DNA from: a virus
Taxonomy: Duplodnaviria > Caudoviricetes
Direction: 5' to 3' (one strand)
Virus record (IMG/VR): IMGVR_UViG_3300020050_009224
Span: 1-64,000 of that record
Length of the DNA stretch: 64,000 nucleotides
A program made the translations under genes and the position numbers. The notes under the pieces were generated by a model. It saw only the letters and a program-made list of their open reading frames with translations. It did not search any database and had not been told where the DNA came from. This document shows, one piece after another, positions 19,317-29,901 of this stretch; position 1 is the stretch's first letter, and each line of letters starts with the position of its first letter.

Positions 19317-19540
19317 TATTTTGTTTTTTCAGGTTCTTTTTTCTCTTCTGCTTTAACAGGTGCTAAAGCAGCTTGTTTTTTAGCAGTAAGAAAATCAGTT
19401 ACATTTAGTAAGTTTTTGCCCACAGCTGTAGGTAATTGCATTACAAAGTTAACAATTGCATCTACTTCTTTAATAGTCAATTCAACTTTTGGCTCTTCTT
19501 TAGTCATTTCTACTACTTTAGTTTCATTTTTTGGTTTCAT
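19316..19540 (-). CDS. Hypothetical protein
   Basis: 74 aa; TATATTTG box at 19567-19574. Confidence 0.6.
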   Translation of the reverse strand: MKPKNETKVVEMTKEEPKVELTIKEVDAIVNFVMQLPTAVGKNLLNVTDFLTAKKQAALAPVKAEEKKEPEKTK

Positions 19541-19574
19541 AATTTTAAAATTTATTGGTTTGATTACAAATATA

Positions 19575-20048
19575 CTACAAAAATATTAATACTAATACAG
19601 CTGTTTCTACTATTACTGCTCCTAAAAGTATTTTATTAATTGTTTTTTTTCTATTTATTTTTCTATCCGCTTTTTCTAATTTAGAGTTAAGGGTAGAATT
19701 TTCTATTTTTAAGTCTTTATTTTCTTTTGATTCTTGTTTTAACAAAGCTGCATTATTCAGTGCTACTTCTTTAGTAATTGTTTTTACAGAATCATTTATT
19801 ATTAATGCTTTTCTTAATTCTTGGTTTTCTTCATGTAACTTAGGTCTTATACTATCATAGTAAGCTTGGTAATAATCATTACAATTCTCAAGTTTAATTA
19901 TAGCAATCTTTTGTTCACTACTTAAGCAGGGGTATATCATACTTTCCTTGATAGCTGTTTTCTGTAATTCTGTTAATCGAGGCTGAGAAAACAATGTCAA
20001 GGGTATCAAGCTTATAATAATAAGTATTAATAATACTATCTTTTTCAT
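19575..20048 (-). CDS. Putative spanin subunit (signal peptide, coiled coil, C-terminal TM)
   Basis: Overlaps the upstream ORF; downstream of the endolysin; hydrophobic at both ends. Confidence 0.55.
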   Translation of the reverse strand: MKKIVLLILIIISLIPLTLFSQPRLTELQKTAIKESMIYPCLSSEQKIAIIKLENCNDYYQAYYDSIRPKLHEENQELRKALIINDSVKTITKEVALNNAALLKQESKENKDLKIENSTLNSKLEKADRKINRKKTINKILLGAVIVETAVLVLIFL

Positions 20049-20322
20049 GGTAATGTTTATTTATTACTGTAGTTGAGTTAGCAGTTAAATTAGAAATGCT
20101 ATCTATTTTGTCTAATGTACGAAGATAATTACCTTCTAGAACTAAAATCATAGAATCTTTAGTTTTATTTTGATTTAGTATATACTCCTTTAATACAGAA
20201 TTATCTTCTTTAATAGGTTTAGATTTGCAACCTTGTGCCCATACAATTATTAAAAGTATTAATACTACACATATAAGTATATTACCTAAATTATCTTTTA
20301 TCCAATTTTTATTAGTTTTCAT
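19918..20322 (-). CDS. Putative spanin subunit (lipoprotein-like)
   Basis: Likely start MKTNKNW at 20322; hydrophobic stretch ending WAQG-C; adjacent to the endolysin. Confidence 0.55.
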   Translation of the reverse strand: MKTNKNWIKDNLGNILICVVLILLIIVWAQGCKSKPIKEDNSVLKEYILNQNKTKDSMILVLEGNYLRTLDKIDSISNLTANSTTVINKHYHEKDSIINTYYYKLDTLDIVFSASINRITENSYQGKYDIPLLK

Positions 20323-20323
20323 A

Positions 20324-20704
20324 CTATAGTTCAAAGTGCGGGTAATCAATAAAGCCTTTTTTCCAGTCTCCGCCCCATTTAATACCTTTAGGTTTAATAA
20401 TAGCTGCAAACTTTTTAAACAAATCTACAGACCAGTCTACTACTCCATCTTTTTTAAAAGCAATATCAAATGCTTTAGAAGGATTAGAGTTATGTTTAGA
20501 CTGTCCAGCTTTAGCTTGTGTAACTATTTTACCAGGAGTTGTTCTACCCTGGTTATATAGTTTAGTTTGCTCTTCATTACTTCTATAAGTACAAGTTAAA
20601 ATAGGTTTAGGAAGAGTGGGGTAGAGTCTATCCCACTCTCCTATTGCATATTTCCAAGCAGATTGTAGTTGCGGTACACAATCTGCTATATTTCTAGATG
20701 GCAT
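20324..20704 (-). CDS. Endolysin, M15 family L-Ala-D-Glu peptidase
   Basis: YRSNEEQ..LY.QGRT.PG.IVT, S.HN...AFD and WGGDW...DYPHFE motifs. Confidence 0.92.
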   Translation of the reverse strand: MPSRNIADCVPQLQSAWKYAIGEWDRLYPTLPKPILTCTYRSNEEQTKLYNQGRTTPGKIVTQAKAGQSKHNSNPSKAFDIAFKKDGVVDWSVDLFKKFAAIIKPKGIKWGGDWKKGFIDYPHFEL

Positions 20705-20951
20705 CTCCTCCTAATTTTTCTTCACCAATAAACATTTCCATAGCTTCAGCAATAGCAGCAACAAAACTAATAATAATAACTATAAGAGTCTTGTGCTGAA
20801 TAGCTTCATCACTTGTGACAGCTATGATTGTTGATGCACAAAAAGTCTTAATACCAAAGGATAAATACTTTACCCATCTTGGAGTATTATTCTTACCAGC
20901 ATTGTTTAATGCTAGTGTTGTTTTTTTAGTTCTACTACTGTTAATTGCCAT
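20694..20951 (-). CDS. Putative holin
   Basis: 85 aa, two hydrophobic segments, overlaps the endolysin start. Confidence 0.6.
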   Translation of the reverse strand: MAINSSRTKKTTLALNNAGKNNTPRWVKYLSFGIKTFCASTIIAVTSDEAIQHKTLIVIIISFVAAIAEAMEMFIGEEKLGGDAI

Positions 20952-21217
20952 TAGTGATACTCCTTTAACTTCTTTTTCAGTATTTTTAATTCAGTTTCTT
21001 TTAACTCTTTATCAATTTTAGAATCTCTATATTTAGTTATTAAACTATAAGTTCCTCTTATTACTATTAATAGTCCTGCTAAAACCACAAGTCCTTTATG
21101 AGTGTAGTCTAGAACATCAGCACTAATCCCAAAAATAATAAATGCGGCAGCAGCTGTGTAGCTATCAAGTATCTGTAAAAAGAAATTTTTTGTTTCTAAA
21201 ATAAGAGGATGATGCAT
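20951..21217 (-). CDS. Putative holin/antiholin-like membrane protein
   Basis: 88 aa, TM segments and basic C-terminus, inside the lysis cassette. Confidence 0.5.
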   Translation of the reverse strand: MHHPLILETKNFFLQILDSYTAAAAFIIFGISADVLDYTHKGLVVLAGLLIVIRGTYSLITKYRDSKIDKELKETELKILKKKLKEYH

Positions 21218-21220
21218 ATA

Positions 21221-22300
21221 TTAAAATATTTCTTCGTTAAAAGTATCTAAGTTCATTTTTGTACCTGTAGATTCATTTTTACCTTGAGCTGGTAAACATT
21301 CAATATCAAATACAATCTCTGTACCGTCAATATAAGTTAATACTCTAGTGGTAGCATTAAAGCTAAGAGCATCTCCTTTAATAATAGTAATACTATTATC
21401 TACTTTTGAACCTTGTTGAATAACAGGTAGAGCAGTTCCATAAACTCCCATTAGCATAGAAGGATGATAAACTTTCCAACGTGTTACAAAATCAGGGAAT
21501 TTTTTACCATAAGAAGCCATTAAAGTAGTATAAGGAATATCACTAGATTTAATACCATTGATATAAGCTACACCTGTAAGTTTATTATCTGCAACTTCAA
21601 TATCGGTAGCCATAGATACTACATGGGTAGCAGGGTCTACTAGGTAACAATGAAATACAGTTTTTTTAGCTTCAGCCAATTCTTCTTCAGTCATTCCTGA
21701 TTTTTCAAGCATTTGTTCTTTAGTATAATTAGGGAATGAAGACACTCCTTTTGAAATACTAACATTAGTTACTTTAACTTCTTTAGTTTTTCTAATAATA
21801 GAAACAGAACCTGTTTTTACTTGATCAATTCTTTTTAAAGAAATCCAAGGTTCTTTTGGCATTCCTGAATTACGGTCAGAATTACCCCAAGGATAATCTA
21901 ATTGAATAATATCAAGGCCTACTTCTGTAGGAACAATTTGTACATCACTCCATCCAAAGTGGTAAGTTTGACCTGCAAATGGGCCTTGAGATATTGTTAT
22001 ATCTACACCATCTTTGTGTAAATAGTATACATTATCAATAAATCCAACGACTTCTTGACTTTGTACATTACCAACTAGTTTATTATGGGTATATGCTCCA
22101 AAAGGCACTGTAGTTGATACTGTTGAAAAAGTAGAAGTTAGTTTAATTTCTTTTTTCAAAGTATCCATATTTACATATGTAAAGTCATTTAGTCTATTTT
22201 CTACAATAGAATGACGAGTACATTTTTGAATTTGACCGCTAAAAGAGGCCATGTCTTGAGGAAGCTTTAACAGCTCCAATGTTTTATTTAAATCTAACAT
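21221..22300 (-). CDS. Hypothetical protein
   Basis: 359-aa ORF with its own TATATTTG box (22325-22332); no motif recognised. Confidence 0.7.
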   Translation of the reverse strand: MLDLNKTLELLKLPQDMASFSGQIQKCTRHSIVENRLNDFTYVNMDTLKKEIKLTSTFSTVSTTVPFGAYTHNKLVGNVQSQEVVGFIDNVYYLHKDGVDITISQGPFAGQTYHFGWSDVQIVPTEVGLDIIQLDYPWGNSDRNSGMPKEPWISLKRIDQVKTGSVSIIRKTKEVKVTNVSISKGVSSFPNYTKEQMLEKSGMTEEELAEAKKTVFHCYLVDPATHVVSMATDIEVADNKLTGVAYINGIKSSDIPYTTLMASYGKKFPDFVTRWKVYHPSMLMGVYGTALPVIQQGSKVDNSITIIKGDALSFNATTRVLTYIDGTEIVFDIECLPAQGKNESTGTKMNLDTFNEEIF

Positions 22301-22357
22301 TTTTATTTATTTTAAATTAATACACAAATATAAGTTAAAATAGTTGATTACTTACAA

Positions 22358-22582
22358 TTATTCGAAATTAGATGCGTCCATTATTTCTACAAACCCACTT
22401 CCATTATACACTACATAGTTTCCTACAGATGCATAAAAAGAACCAGTAACTCCTACTATTAGCAATCTATCTCCTACCACTTCTGTGGATATAAATCCTG
22501 GTAAAGCATTAATTTCAGCATTATTGCTACCATCATATATGATAGCCTCTAATACTCTTCCTGTGTTTGTTGTATGCTGCAT
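22358..22582 (-). CDS. Small protein after the tail fibre (possible chaperone)
   Basis: 74 aa, starts 1 nt after the fibre stop. Confidence 0.5.
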   Translation of the reverse strand: MQHTTNTGRVLEAIIYDGSNNAEINALPGFISTEVVGDRLLIVGVTGSFYASVGNYVVYNGSGFVEIMDASNFE

Positions 22583-22583
22583 T

Positions 22584-25500
22584 TTATGAAATTTGTGTTA
22601 AAAATATTACACCGTTTTTAAAAGTAATTGATCCAGCAGCTCCTTCTTTAGCAAACTGAACCTGTAAGCTGCCTGATGCAGAAGGCGTTATTGTACCTTC
22701 AATAAAAGCAGTATTACCAGTAGTTGCTGCACTTGTTCCATTAGCTGCTACTGGTAATTGATATGTACTTAATCCATTATTAAATGTTTCTGAAGTAGCT
22801 GAAAGTGAGTAACGTGATTCATAAGCAAGATAAGTAGGAGTAGCAGGGCCATTTATACTCCATCTTGAACCTACTGCTGTTGAACTACTATCGTAAGTAC
22901 AAAATACTCTAAAGTGGTAAGTAACTCCTGATGTAACTGCTATAAGTAATCCTGTAACATCTGCCAAAGTATCAGTTGCTGTATTTGCTTGGGAAGCACC
23001 TACAACAGCCACTTTTAAAGGGCCTCCTGAAACATCACCATATTTAACAAATCCAGTAGAATCTACATAAAGAGCTTTACTAGTTGCTCCATCATCTCTT
23101 GTAGATGGATAAGAGGTTATTTGAATATCTCCTGTACCACCAGCTATTAATAATCTATCTACTGCGGTATTTAAGGTAGTGCCTGTACTACCTGTTGAAG
23201 TAGTTTGAAAAACAATATTACCACCTGTTGTATGGTCAGTAGATAAACCAGTACCTAAAGAACTTCTTATTAATAAGTCGTGGGCTTCTAGGTCTGTAGC
23301 AGAAGAAGCATTATATCTTTCAGGTATTCTCCATAAAAAGTCTTTTTGAGCACCATCATTTCCAGTACTTATAGGATTACCTGTTTGTCTTCTTGAAGGC
23401 CCTCCAAAGATAAAATCAGTAATTTGTTGATCTCCTCTGGAACCTCCTATAGTACATTGATTATCAGCAGTTATAAAAGCTGAATCTGCTATTCCTACTG
23501 AAAAATTAAAAGCTCCAGAAGATCCTACATTTTGTCCTAATAATACATTGGCTCCTGCTATATTAACGGCGTCACCAGAAGCTTGCCCAGATCCAGATCC
23601 TACGATAACATTTCTTACGGAAGTAGTACTTAACTCAGTATAATCTCCAATTACTACGTTACTAGAACCTGTTGTCAAACCTTTTGCAGATTGTGATCCT
23701 CTATAAATACCTGTTATAGCAGTAGTAACATTCATACCCGCAAGTAATCCTATTCCTACTAATTCTGATCCTGTAGTAGCTGAGTTTAAAGCTGTATTTC
23801 CTAATGCTACAATAGAACCTCCTGTAGTAATATTATTACCTCCGCCAAAACCTAATAATAAGTTTGCAGAGCCTGTGGTTAAACCTGCTCCATTATTATG
23901 ACCTATTACTACATTTTTTTGACCTGTTGTTAAAGCAGTACCTGCATTAGTTCCTATATAAACTCCTAATGTAGCACCTCCTGCTATATTTTTAGAAGCC
24001 TGTGTTACAAAATCAGGTGTCCAGATATTAGAACCTGAATCCCTTTGAAAAAAATTTCTCTGCCATCCTTTTGTACCAGTAGAATAAGCTGTTCCATACT
24101 GATATTGTTCAAGAGGAGTAGTAGCATCATTTACTAATTTTAATCCAGAGGCATCATCAGTAATACTCATTTGACTTATTACACTACCTGTAATTGAAGG
24201 AGTTCCATCATTATAAGTAAAGTCTATTGTAGTGGAATCTAATAATATACTACCAACAGCATCTTGAGCTAATTCATCTGTATATTGAGTAATAGAACTA
24301 TTAAAAGTAATAGAATCTGCTCCAGCATTAGTAGTAATAGTAATTCCTGTACCTGCTACTAAAGTTAATGTATCTGTAGCTGAATCCGCTACTACATTAC
24401 TTTGACCACTTACTGCTATAGTTTCAAAACTATTACCACCTCCACCTCCACCTGTAGCATCAATAGTTAAACTATTAGCTACATCGTTATAGGTAAGTGT
24501 GATGTTAGTACCTGCTACTAATAAAGCAGCAACTCTATCATCTACTCTTTCATTAGTAAAATAAAGGTTAGTGGAACCTTCTGGTATTACGTCAGTATTA
24601 ATTTGATTAGTGCCTAAGCCTATATCTAAATGTGTAGTATTTATACTATTTAAAATTACTGCTGCGCTAATACTAGGACTAGCGTCAGAATAAGTAAAAT
24701 CTATAGTAGCAGTATCTGTTAAAATAGTACCTACTGCATCCTGTGCTTCTTCATCAGTATAACTAGTTCCAGTTGATGGTGTAGCCCAAGTGCCATCACC
24801 TCTCCAAAAAGTTCCTGAAGTAGCTCCAGTTCCTGAGTTTAAGTTGGTTACTGGAAGATTACCTGTTACGTCAGTGGTTAAATCTACAGCTCCCCATGAA
24901 GGGTTTCCAGAAGCATTGCCATGTAAAACTGTTGTTGTAGTACCTTGGTTTCTAAATAAAGCACTAGCTAATACTGGACTAAAATATGTTGGTACAGCAG
25001 AGCTATTGGTATTATTACCAAATATTGTATAAGCAGCTGCATTAGATAAAGTAAAAGTTAATGCAGGAGTAGTAGTAGGATTAGCTACGTTAGTTGTAAA
25101 TAATGGGCTTAAATTACCAGATGATAAAGAAGTAACTGTACCAGTACCTCCTGTTTCTTCTACCCATTCAGCTTCACCTGTTACAGAATCTATAAGTTTT
25201 AATACCCAGTTATCTGCAACAGAACTTGCTGCAACTCCTGGCGTTGCTAGTAAAAATTTTGAAGTAGCATTTATTTCAGTAACTTCACTTAAAATATTAA
25301 AGGCTGAAATATTATCAAACTGCAATCTATTATTAGCACCATCTACAGTTCTATTACCAGTTAAAGAACCATTAGCAGTATAGATGTTATCATATACTAA
25401 AGTAGTAAATTCTAAAACACCTCCATTTAAACTAACTACATCTCCATCACTTGCGCCAGCAGTAATAGCTCCTAATGTTAGAGTATTACCAGAAACAGTC

Positions 25501-26465
25501 CAAGTTAAAATAGGGGCTAAAATACTATCTAAATCAAATAATATTGTTTCAGTTAATCCTATAAAATCTGTAGTAGTACCATCAGATATATTAAATCCAA
25601 TAGAGTCGAAAGACAATTGTTCTACATCTCCAGTAGCTGGATCTCTTACTAATAAACTAGTTGCATTTGTATTAACATCTGGAACTTGAACTAATCTCAC
25701 TAACGGTGAATTTATTCTTAAGATATTATTAGCAGTAAAAGCCATACCATCTAAAGCGTTTAATGAAATATCACTTAAAGCTATAAGTTTAATATCAGTA
25801 AAGTTTTCTAATGTGAGATTAAATGTAGCACCATCATGTACCCTATCACCGTCTAAGGTTAAATCATTTAATGCAAAATTAGTATCAGTAGCAGCTATTA
25901 AACTACTTACTTCTATTTCTTCTAGCTCTCCCGTAGTTTCATTTCTACTTAGAACATAAAGATTGTTATTACTAGTTGTAGGTTGGTTAGTTAAAAATAT
26001 GGAATTTGCCTCAATACTAAAATCTTCTAAATTGTTAAAAGATAAGTTTAAACCATCTCCATCTAAAATTCTATTATCTGTTAAAGTACCATCTGAAGTA
26101 TAAATATTTGCATTTCCAGCTGATGCTACCCATGTTTGTGTAATCGCATCCCAAGTATATAAAACCCCATTTTCATCTACTGCTACTTGAGGATTAGTAC
26201 CTGTTGGAGTAGTAGTAGGAGCACCTGAATCATTAGTTATAAATACCTCTGATTCTGCAAAAAAAGGAATATGGTTTTTATTGTAATCAACCCAATAAAA
26301 TTTTCCTTCTTCTACATTAACAGAAGCTTCTGATTGCCTTGCTTTATAAACTACTATACCTAATGGGATATTTTCAGCGAAGTCTTGAGCTTCGTCAAAA
26401 AACATGTTAGGAATAGTAGGGAACATAATGTTCCTTCTATAACCTGAATTAAATTCTTGACTCAT
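22584..26465 (-). CDS. Long tail fibre/receptor-binding protein
   Basis: Probable ATG start 26465. Repeats NIYT.DG.LT.NR and YTDE.AQDAVG.IL.D..TIDFTY.D (x2), one [17 protein letters not shown] segment, and YadA-like N.xIG..AG beta-roll repeats. Confidence 0.8.
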   Translation of the reverse strand: MSQEFNSGYRRNIMFPTIPNMFFDEAQDFAENIPLGIVVYKARQSEASVNVEEGKFYWVDYNKNHIPFFAESEVFITNDSGAPTTTPTGTNPQVAVDENGVLYTWDAITQTWVASAGNANIYTSDGTLTDNRILDGDGLNLSFNNLEDFSIEANSIFLTNQPTTSNNNLYVLSRNETTGELEEIEVSSLIAATDTNFALNDLTLDGDRVHDGATFNLTLENFTDIKLIALSDISLNALDGMAFTANNILRINSPLVRLVQVPDVNTNATSLLVRDPATGDVEQLSFDSIGFNISDGTTTDFIGLTETILFDLDSILAPILTWTVSGNTLTLGAITAGASDGDVVSLNGGVLEFTTLVYDNIYTANGSLTGNRTVDGANNRLQFDNISAFNILSEVTEINATSKFLLATPGVAASSVADNWVLKLIDSVTGEAEWVEETGGTGTVTSLSSGNLSPLFTTNVANPTTTPALTFTLSNAAAYTIFGNNTNSSAVPTYFSPVLASALFRNQGTTTTVLHGNASGNPSWGAVDLTTDVTGNLPVTNLNSGTGATSGTFWRGDGTWATPSTGTSYTDEEAQDAVGTILTDTATIDFTYSDASPSISAAVILNSINTTHLDIGLGTNQINTDVIPEGSTNLYFTNERVDDRVAALLVAGTNITLTYNDVANSLTIDATGGGGGGNSFETIAVSGQSNVVADSATDTLTLVAGTGITITTNAGADSITFNSSITQYTDELAQDAVGSILLDSTTIDFTYNDGTPSITGSVISQMSITDDASGLKLVNDATTPLEQYQYGTAYSTGTKGWQRNFFQRDSGSNIWTPDFVTQASKNIAGGATLGVYIGTNAGTALTTGQKNVVIGHNNGAGLTTGSANLLLGFGGGNNITTGGSIVALGNTALNSATTGSELVGIGLLAGMNVTTAITGIYRGSQSAKGLTTGSSNVVIGDYTELSTTSVRNVIVGSGSGQASGDAVNIAGANVLLGQNVGSSGAFNFSVGIADSAFITADNQCTIGGSRGDQQITDFIFGGPSRRQTGNPISTGNDGAQKDFLWRIPERYNASSATDLEAHDLLIRSSLGTGLSTDHTTGGNIVFQTTSTGSTGTTLNTAVDRLLIAGGTGDIQITSYPSTRDDGATSKALYVDSTGFVKYGDVSGGPLKVAVVGASQANTATDTLADVTGLLIAVTSGVTYHFRVFCTYDSSSTAVGSRWSINGPATPTYLAYESRYSLSATSETFNNGLSTYQLPVAANGTSAATTGNTAFIEGTITPSASGSLQVQFAKEGAAGSITFKNGVIFLTQIS

Positions 26466-26490
26466 ATAATAGGATTTAAAATTATAAGAC

Positions 26491-26522
26491 AAAGGGGACT
26501 AACCAACAAACAGAAAGTCCCC
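26491..26522 (-). terminator. Intrinsic terminator after the auxiliary capsid gene
   Basis: GGGGACU...AGUCCCC stem followed by UUU. Confidence 0.65.
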
Positions 26523-26552
26523 AATGCCCTTATAAAAAATTAAGACTTAAGA

Positions 26553-28139
26553 TTATGCATCCAAGTCACCAGTAGTAAATCCAGTAGTGAGAACAGTCTC
26601 AGCTAATTGATCACCTTGAGAACCAGAAATTAAGTTATTAGCAGAATCCAATTCTAAGGCCAAAGTTACATTCCAGAAAGTTTTACCTCCAAATCCAATC
26701 ATAGAATCAATTGAATTAGTATAACCAATATTAATCAATGAATATCTACCACAAGCATTACTGAACATGGTAGGTGCTTCATTAGGAATATAAGTAGGCA
26801 AAGTACCTATGCTGTTGTCTACCATACTTGCGTATTCAAGACCAGCTACTTTCTCATAAGTTCCTACACCAGTAGAAGCTTTTGTAGGAGTTGCAATAGT
26901 CCAACCTGCATCTACACTTCCTTTTCTAGCAACTACGACAAAGGTATTCTTATTGAAATCTTTCCAAGTAATATGAGAAAAATCTTCTTTAATACCAGTT
27001 AATTTAAGACCCCAAATAGTTGGAGCACTATTAACACCAATCATAGTTGCAACAGTAGTACCTCCTACAAAGTAGCCTGTTTCTCCAAGATAAGGGCTAT
27101 CAAATTCAAAGCTAGCAGCGGCAGAAGCAGCAGTAGCAGCATGAAGTTTAGTAGATACAGCATCTCCAGAAGCTACAGTTACAGCAATAAATGCAGTAGC
27201 AGTGCTATCATAAACAGCAGGCACTGGGATAGGTTGGCAAGGCAAAGTATGAATTGTAACTGCATCAGAAGCAGCTTCAGCACCTGCAAGACCACTAGCA
27301 TTAATAGCAGCTACTTGAGCAGCAGCATTTTGAGCTGCGGTTCCAGCATCAGCAACTGTAATAAGAGTACTTCCAATAAAGAGTACTACAGCATTAGCAG
27401 AAGCAGTATAAGTAAAACTTCTACCACTAGAAGTAGGGATATTAAAGATATTACCAACAGCAGCAGTACCTGTTGAAGCAGCACCAGCTGCATCTACAAA
27501 TTCAGCTACTTTAGAACCTTTAGTAAGCTTAATCATAGTAGCAGTACCAGTGAAATCTGCAACTGTTCCATCAGCAGTAAGTTCAGGTTTAAGATAACCA
27601 GGAACTACTCCACCAATTTCAGTTTCAAATTTCATAGCATTAGCCAAAAGACTATTTCTAAGACCAATTGCAAGCAAAGGTACTGTTGCACCAGTTACAG
27701 GGGACTTATAGCTACCTGTAATATCATAGATATGATTATTACCTCTGTGCTTAGTGTCATTTTGGGTTTGCTGAATAAGCATGTGGTAATAAGTGTCATT
27801 AGCTACACTTAAATTTTCAGTACCACTACCTGCATAACCAACGTAAGTAACTTGTTCAACTTGAGTTACGTTCTTAGCTTTAGTAAAAGTCATTTTAGTC
27901 ACATCCATTGGGGCTGTGATAATAGGAGCTTTTCCTGCACCAAGACCATAAGCAAATTTTACTTCACCAGTAGCTGGCATAGTAGCAAGTACTTTGTTTT
28001 GTCTATCTACAAGAGCTACAGTTCCAGCAGGAAGAGTAGTTCTATCAACTTGAACACCAGCAGCAGGTCTCAAACTTACAGCTTGACTATCTGCTACAAA
28101 GCACCAAGTTTTCATGTTTCCATCATTCTTAAAACTCAT
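26553..28139 (-). CDS. Auxiliary capsid/structural protein
   Basis: 528 aa, Ala/Thr-rich, highly-expressed-type codons, GVGTYEKVAGLEY motif; third gene after MCP. Confidence 0.7.
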   Translation of the reverse strand: MSFKNDGNMKTWCFVADSQAVSLRPAAGVQVDRTTLPAGTVALVDRQNKVLATMPATGEVKFAYGLGAGKAPIITAPMDVTKMTFTKAKNVTQVEQVTYVGYAGSGTENLSVANDTYYHMLIQQTQNDTKHRGNNHIYDITGSYKSPVTGATVPLLAIGLRNSLLANAMKFETEIGGVVPGYLKPELTADGTVADFTGTATMIKLTKGSKVAEFVDAAGAASTGTAAVGNIFNIPTSSGRSFTYTASANAVVLFIGSTLITVADAGTAAQNAAAQVAAINASGLAGAEAASDAVTIHTLPCQPIPVPAVYDSTATAFIAVTVASGDAVSTKLHAATAASAAASFEFDSPYLGETGYFVGGTTVATMIGVNSAPTIWGLKLTGIKEDFSHITWKDFNKNTFVVVARKGSVDAGWTIATPTKASTGVGTYEKVAGLEYASMVDNSIGTLPTYIPNEAPTMFSNACGRYSLINIGYTNSIDSMIGFGGKTFWNVTLALELDSANNLISGSQGDQLAETVLTTGFTTGDLDA

Positions 28140-28156
28140 TGTTTTTTTAATTTAAA

Positions 28157-28867
28157 TTAATTAATTTGTTCTAGTCCTATTTTATTAGGTACTCTTTGCT
28201 CATTGTTAGAAGTCTTGATCAGAGATATAGCTATTTCAACTAAGGTTTCATGAGAGTCAGGATGTAACTCACAATTTACCATATTACTAGTATTGTCCCT
28301 ATCTACAACTATTGAAGGTACTTGTTTTAAATATTTAATGGCATAACCAGTAATATTAAAAGTTCCATCAGTTATAGTTTGAATTCTACTAGAGTTGTCA
28401 AACATTCTCCAAATTACTGCATCTCCAGTCTGAGTATTAAGAAATGGTTTTTGGTAATAATTCCTGATTAGTTTTTGATACTCATCATGAGAGATTACTT
28501 TGACTCTTGGTTTAATACCTATAGAATTACAATCTATTTTATCTGAAGTAGGAATTTCAGTTAATAGGATTGAATAGTCTGTAGGAAGATCCCAATATTT
28601 CCCATTTGAAAATACGTTAGTCTGTGTAGAACTTGCTGTTAAAGTGGCTGGAGAAATAAGTGGAGCAAAAGCCCAACCTCTATCTTCAGTTTCTTCTAAA
28701 GCTTGTTTCTTTGCATTTGTAAGCTTACTAACAAATTGCTTCCTTAAGTGTTCTTGAGCAGTATTTAAAATAGTAGATAGCTCTGAATCTTCATAACTGA
28801 ATTCAGCATCCTTGAGATTCAAAAGAGTCTCAATTTTATCCGCCATTTGATTTGCTGTCAAAAACAT
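28157..28867 (-). CDS. Ring/head-tail protein (crAss gene-74-like)
   Basis: YEDSELSTILNTAQ and CELHPDSHETLVEIAI motifs; second gene after MCP. Confidence 0.75.
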   Translation of the reverse strand: MFLTANQMADKIETLLNLKDAEFSYEDSELSTILNTAQEHLRKQFVSKLTNAKKQALEETEDRGWAFAPLISPATLTASSTQTNVFSNGKYWDLPTDYSILLTEIPTSDKIDCNSIGIKPRVKVISHDEYQKLIRNYYQKPFLNTQTGDAVIWRMFDNSSRIQTITDGTFNITGYAIKYLKQVPSIVVDRDNTSNMVNCELHPDSHETLVEIAISLIKTSNNEQRVPNKIGLEQIN

Positions 28868-28870
28868 TTA

Positions 28871-29815
28871 TTATTTTTCTATTTGAATTTCTAAATTTCT
28901 AAGCTCTTCTGAATTTTCAGAATTTCTGTAATGGTATACTAAATCTTGTAGTTTACCATTAAATGAAGGAGTAGTATACTTATTAGTTTTAGTATTACCT
29001 TCAATAAGTCCTAACATTCTAGCTTTTAAAATAACATATTTAACGTCTGCGTCAGGATCTTGTGCAAATTTCAAAAATTCAACTGGATCTCTATCATAAT
29101 CTAAAGCAAATTTAGTTTCAATATCCTTAGTTGCAATATTATCAGCTAACATAACTCCTTTGCTTGCAAAATAAATTAACATTGCTTTTCTATTACCTGA
29201 CAATTTAAGATACAAAGCAGAAGCTTCAGCCTTAGATTTAATCAAGTTAACTTGCTCTTCATTAGATTGAATATCATCTACAATCATGAAAAGTTGGCTA
29301 TCTCTTTTTTCAAAGTTGTATATTTCTTTAGATTTAGCTATCTTCTCAGGTTTTTGTAATGCTATTTTATACCTAAGCATATCTGAAGGATTACTGAGAT
29401 CTAAACTAAGTTCTCCATTAGTAATTTGTAGATAAGTAGGTTTTACTCCACCACCACCTTCTAAACTAGTTTTAAACCAGTCAGAATCTTTACCAAAAGG
29501 ATTAAGATTAAGACCAAGGATTTTTTCAAAGTATTCTTGTTCTGTCAACTTCATAGGTTTACCAGAAGTATCTACCAAATCTGGACATTCTTTCTTTTGA
29601 GTACTATCTAAGAAAGGATTAATTCTACCTCCAGCATCTGGAATACAATATCCTTTAATAGCATCTGGAAATACAAATGGAGCCATTTTCATAGAAGCTT
29701 CAGCACCAGGTTGTACTTTACTATATTTATTAGCACCTTCACCACCTGTCCATCTATTACCAGCAGGAGTAGCTATAATTTTAATCTTTTTATTTTCTAA
29801 ATAAGGATGTTTCAT
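28871..29815 (-). CDS. Conserved head-module protein (crAss gene-75-like)
   Basis: LDLSNPSDMLRY motif; directly after MCP. Confidence 0.7.
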   Translation of the reverse strand: MKHPYLENKKIKIIATPAGNRWTGGEGANKYSKVQPGAEASMKMAPFVFPDAIKGYCIPDAGGRINPFLDSTQKKECPDLVDTSGKPMKLTEQEYFEKILGLNLNPFGKDSDWFKTSLEGGGGVKPTYLQITNGELSLDLSNPSDMLRYKIALQKPEKIAKSKEIYNFEKRDSQLFMIVDDIQSNEEQVNLIKSKAEASALYLKLSGNRKAMLIYFASKGVMLADNIATKDIETKFALDYDRDPVEFLKFAQDPDADVKYVILKARMLGLIEGNTKTNKYTTPSFNGKLQDLVYHYRNSENSEELRNLEIQIEK

Positions 29816-29856
29816 CTTTATAATTTTTGTTGTTTGTTGTTAATTAAAGTTTGTAA

Positions 29857-29889
29857 ATAGGAGGAAGTTTTTTAAGCTCCCTCCCCTTT
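29857..29889 (-). terminator. Terminator-like hairpin after MCP
   Basis: GGAGGGAG...CUUCCUCC stem followed by UAUUU. Confidence 0.55.
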
Positions 29890-29901
29890 ACAGATATATT
29901 A

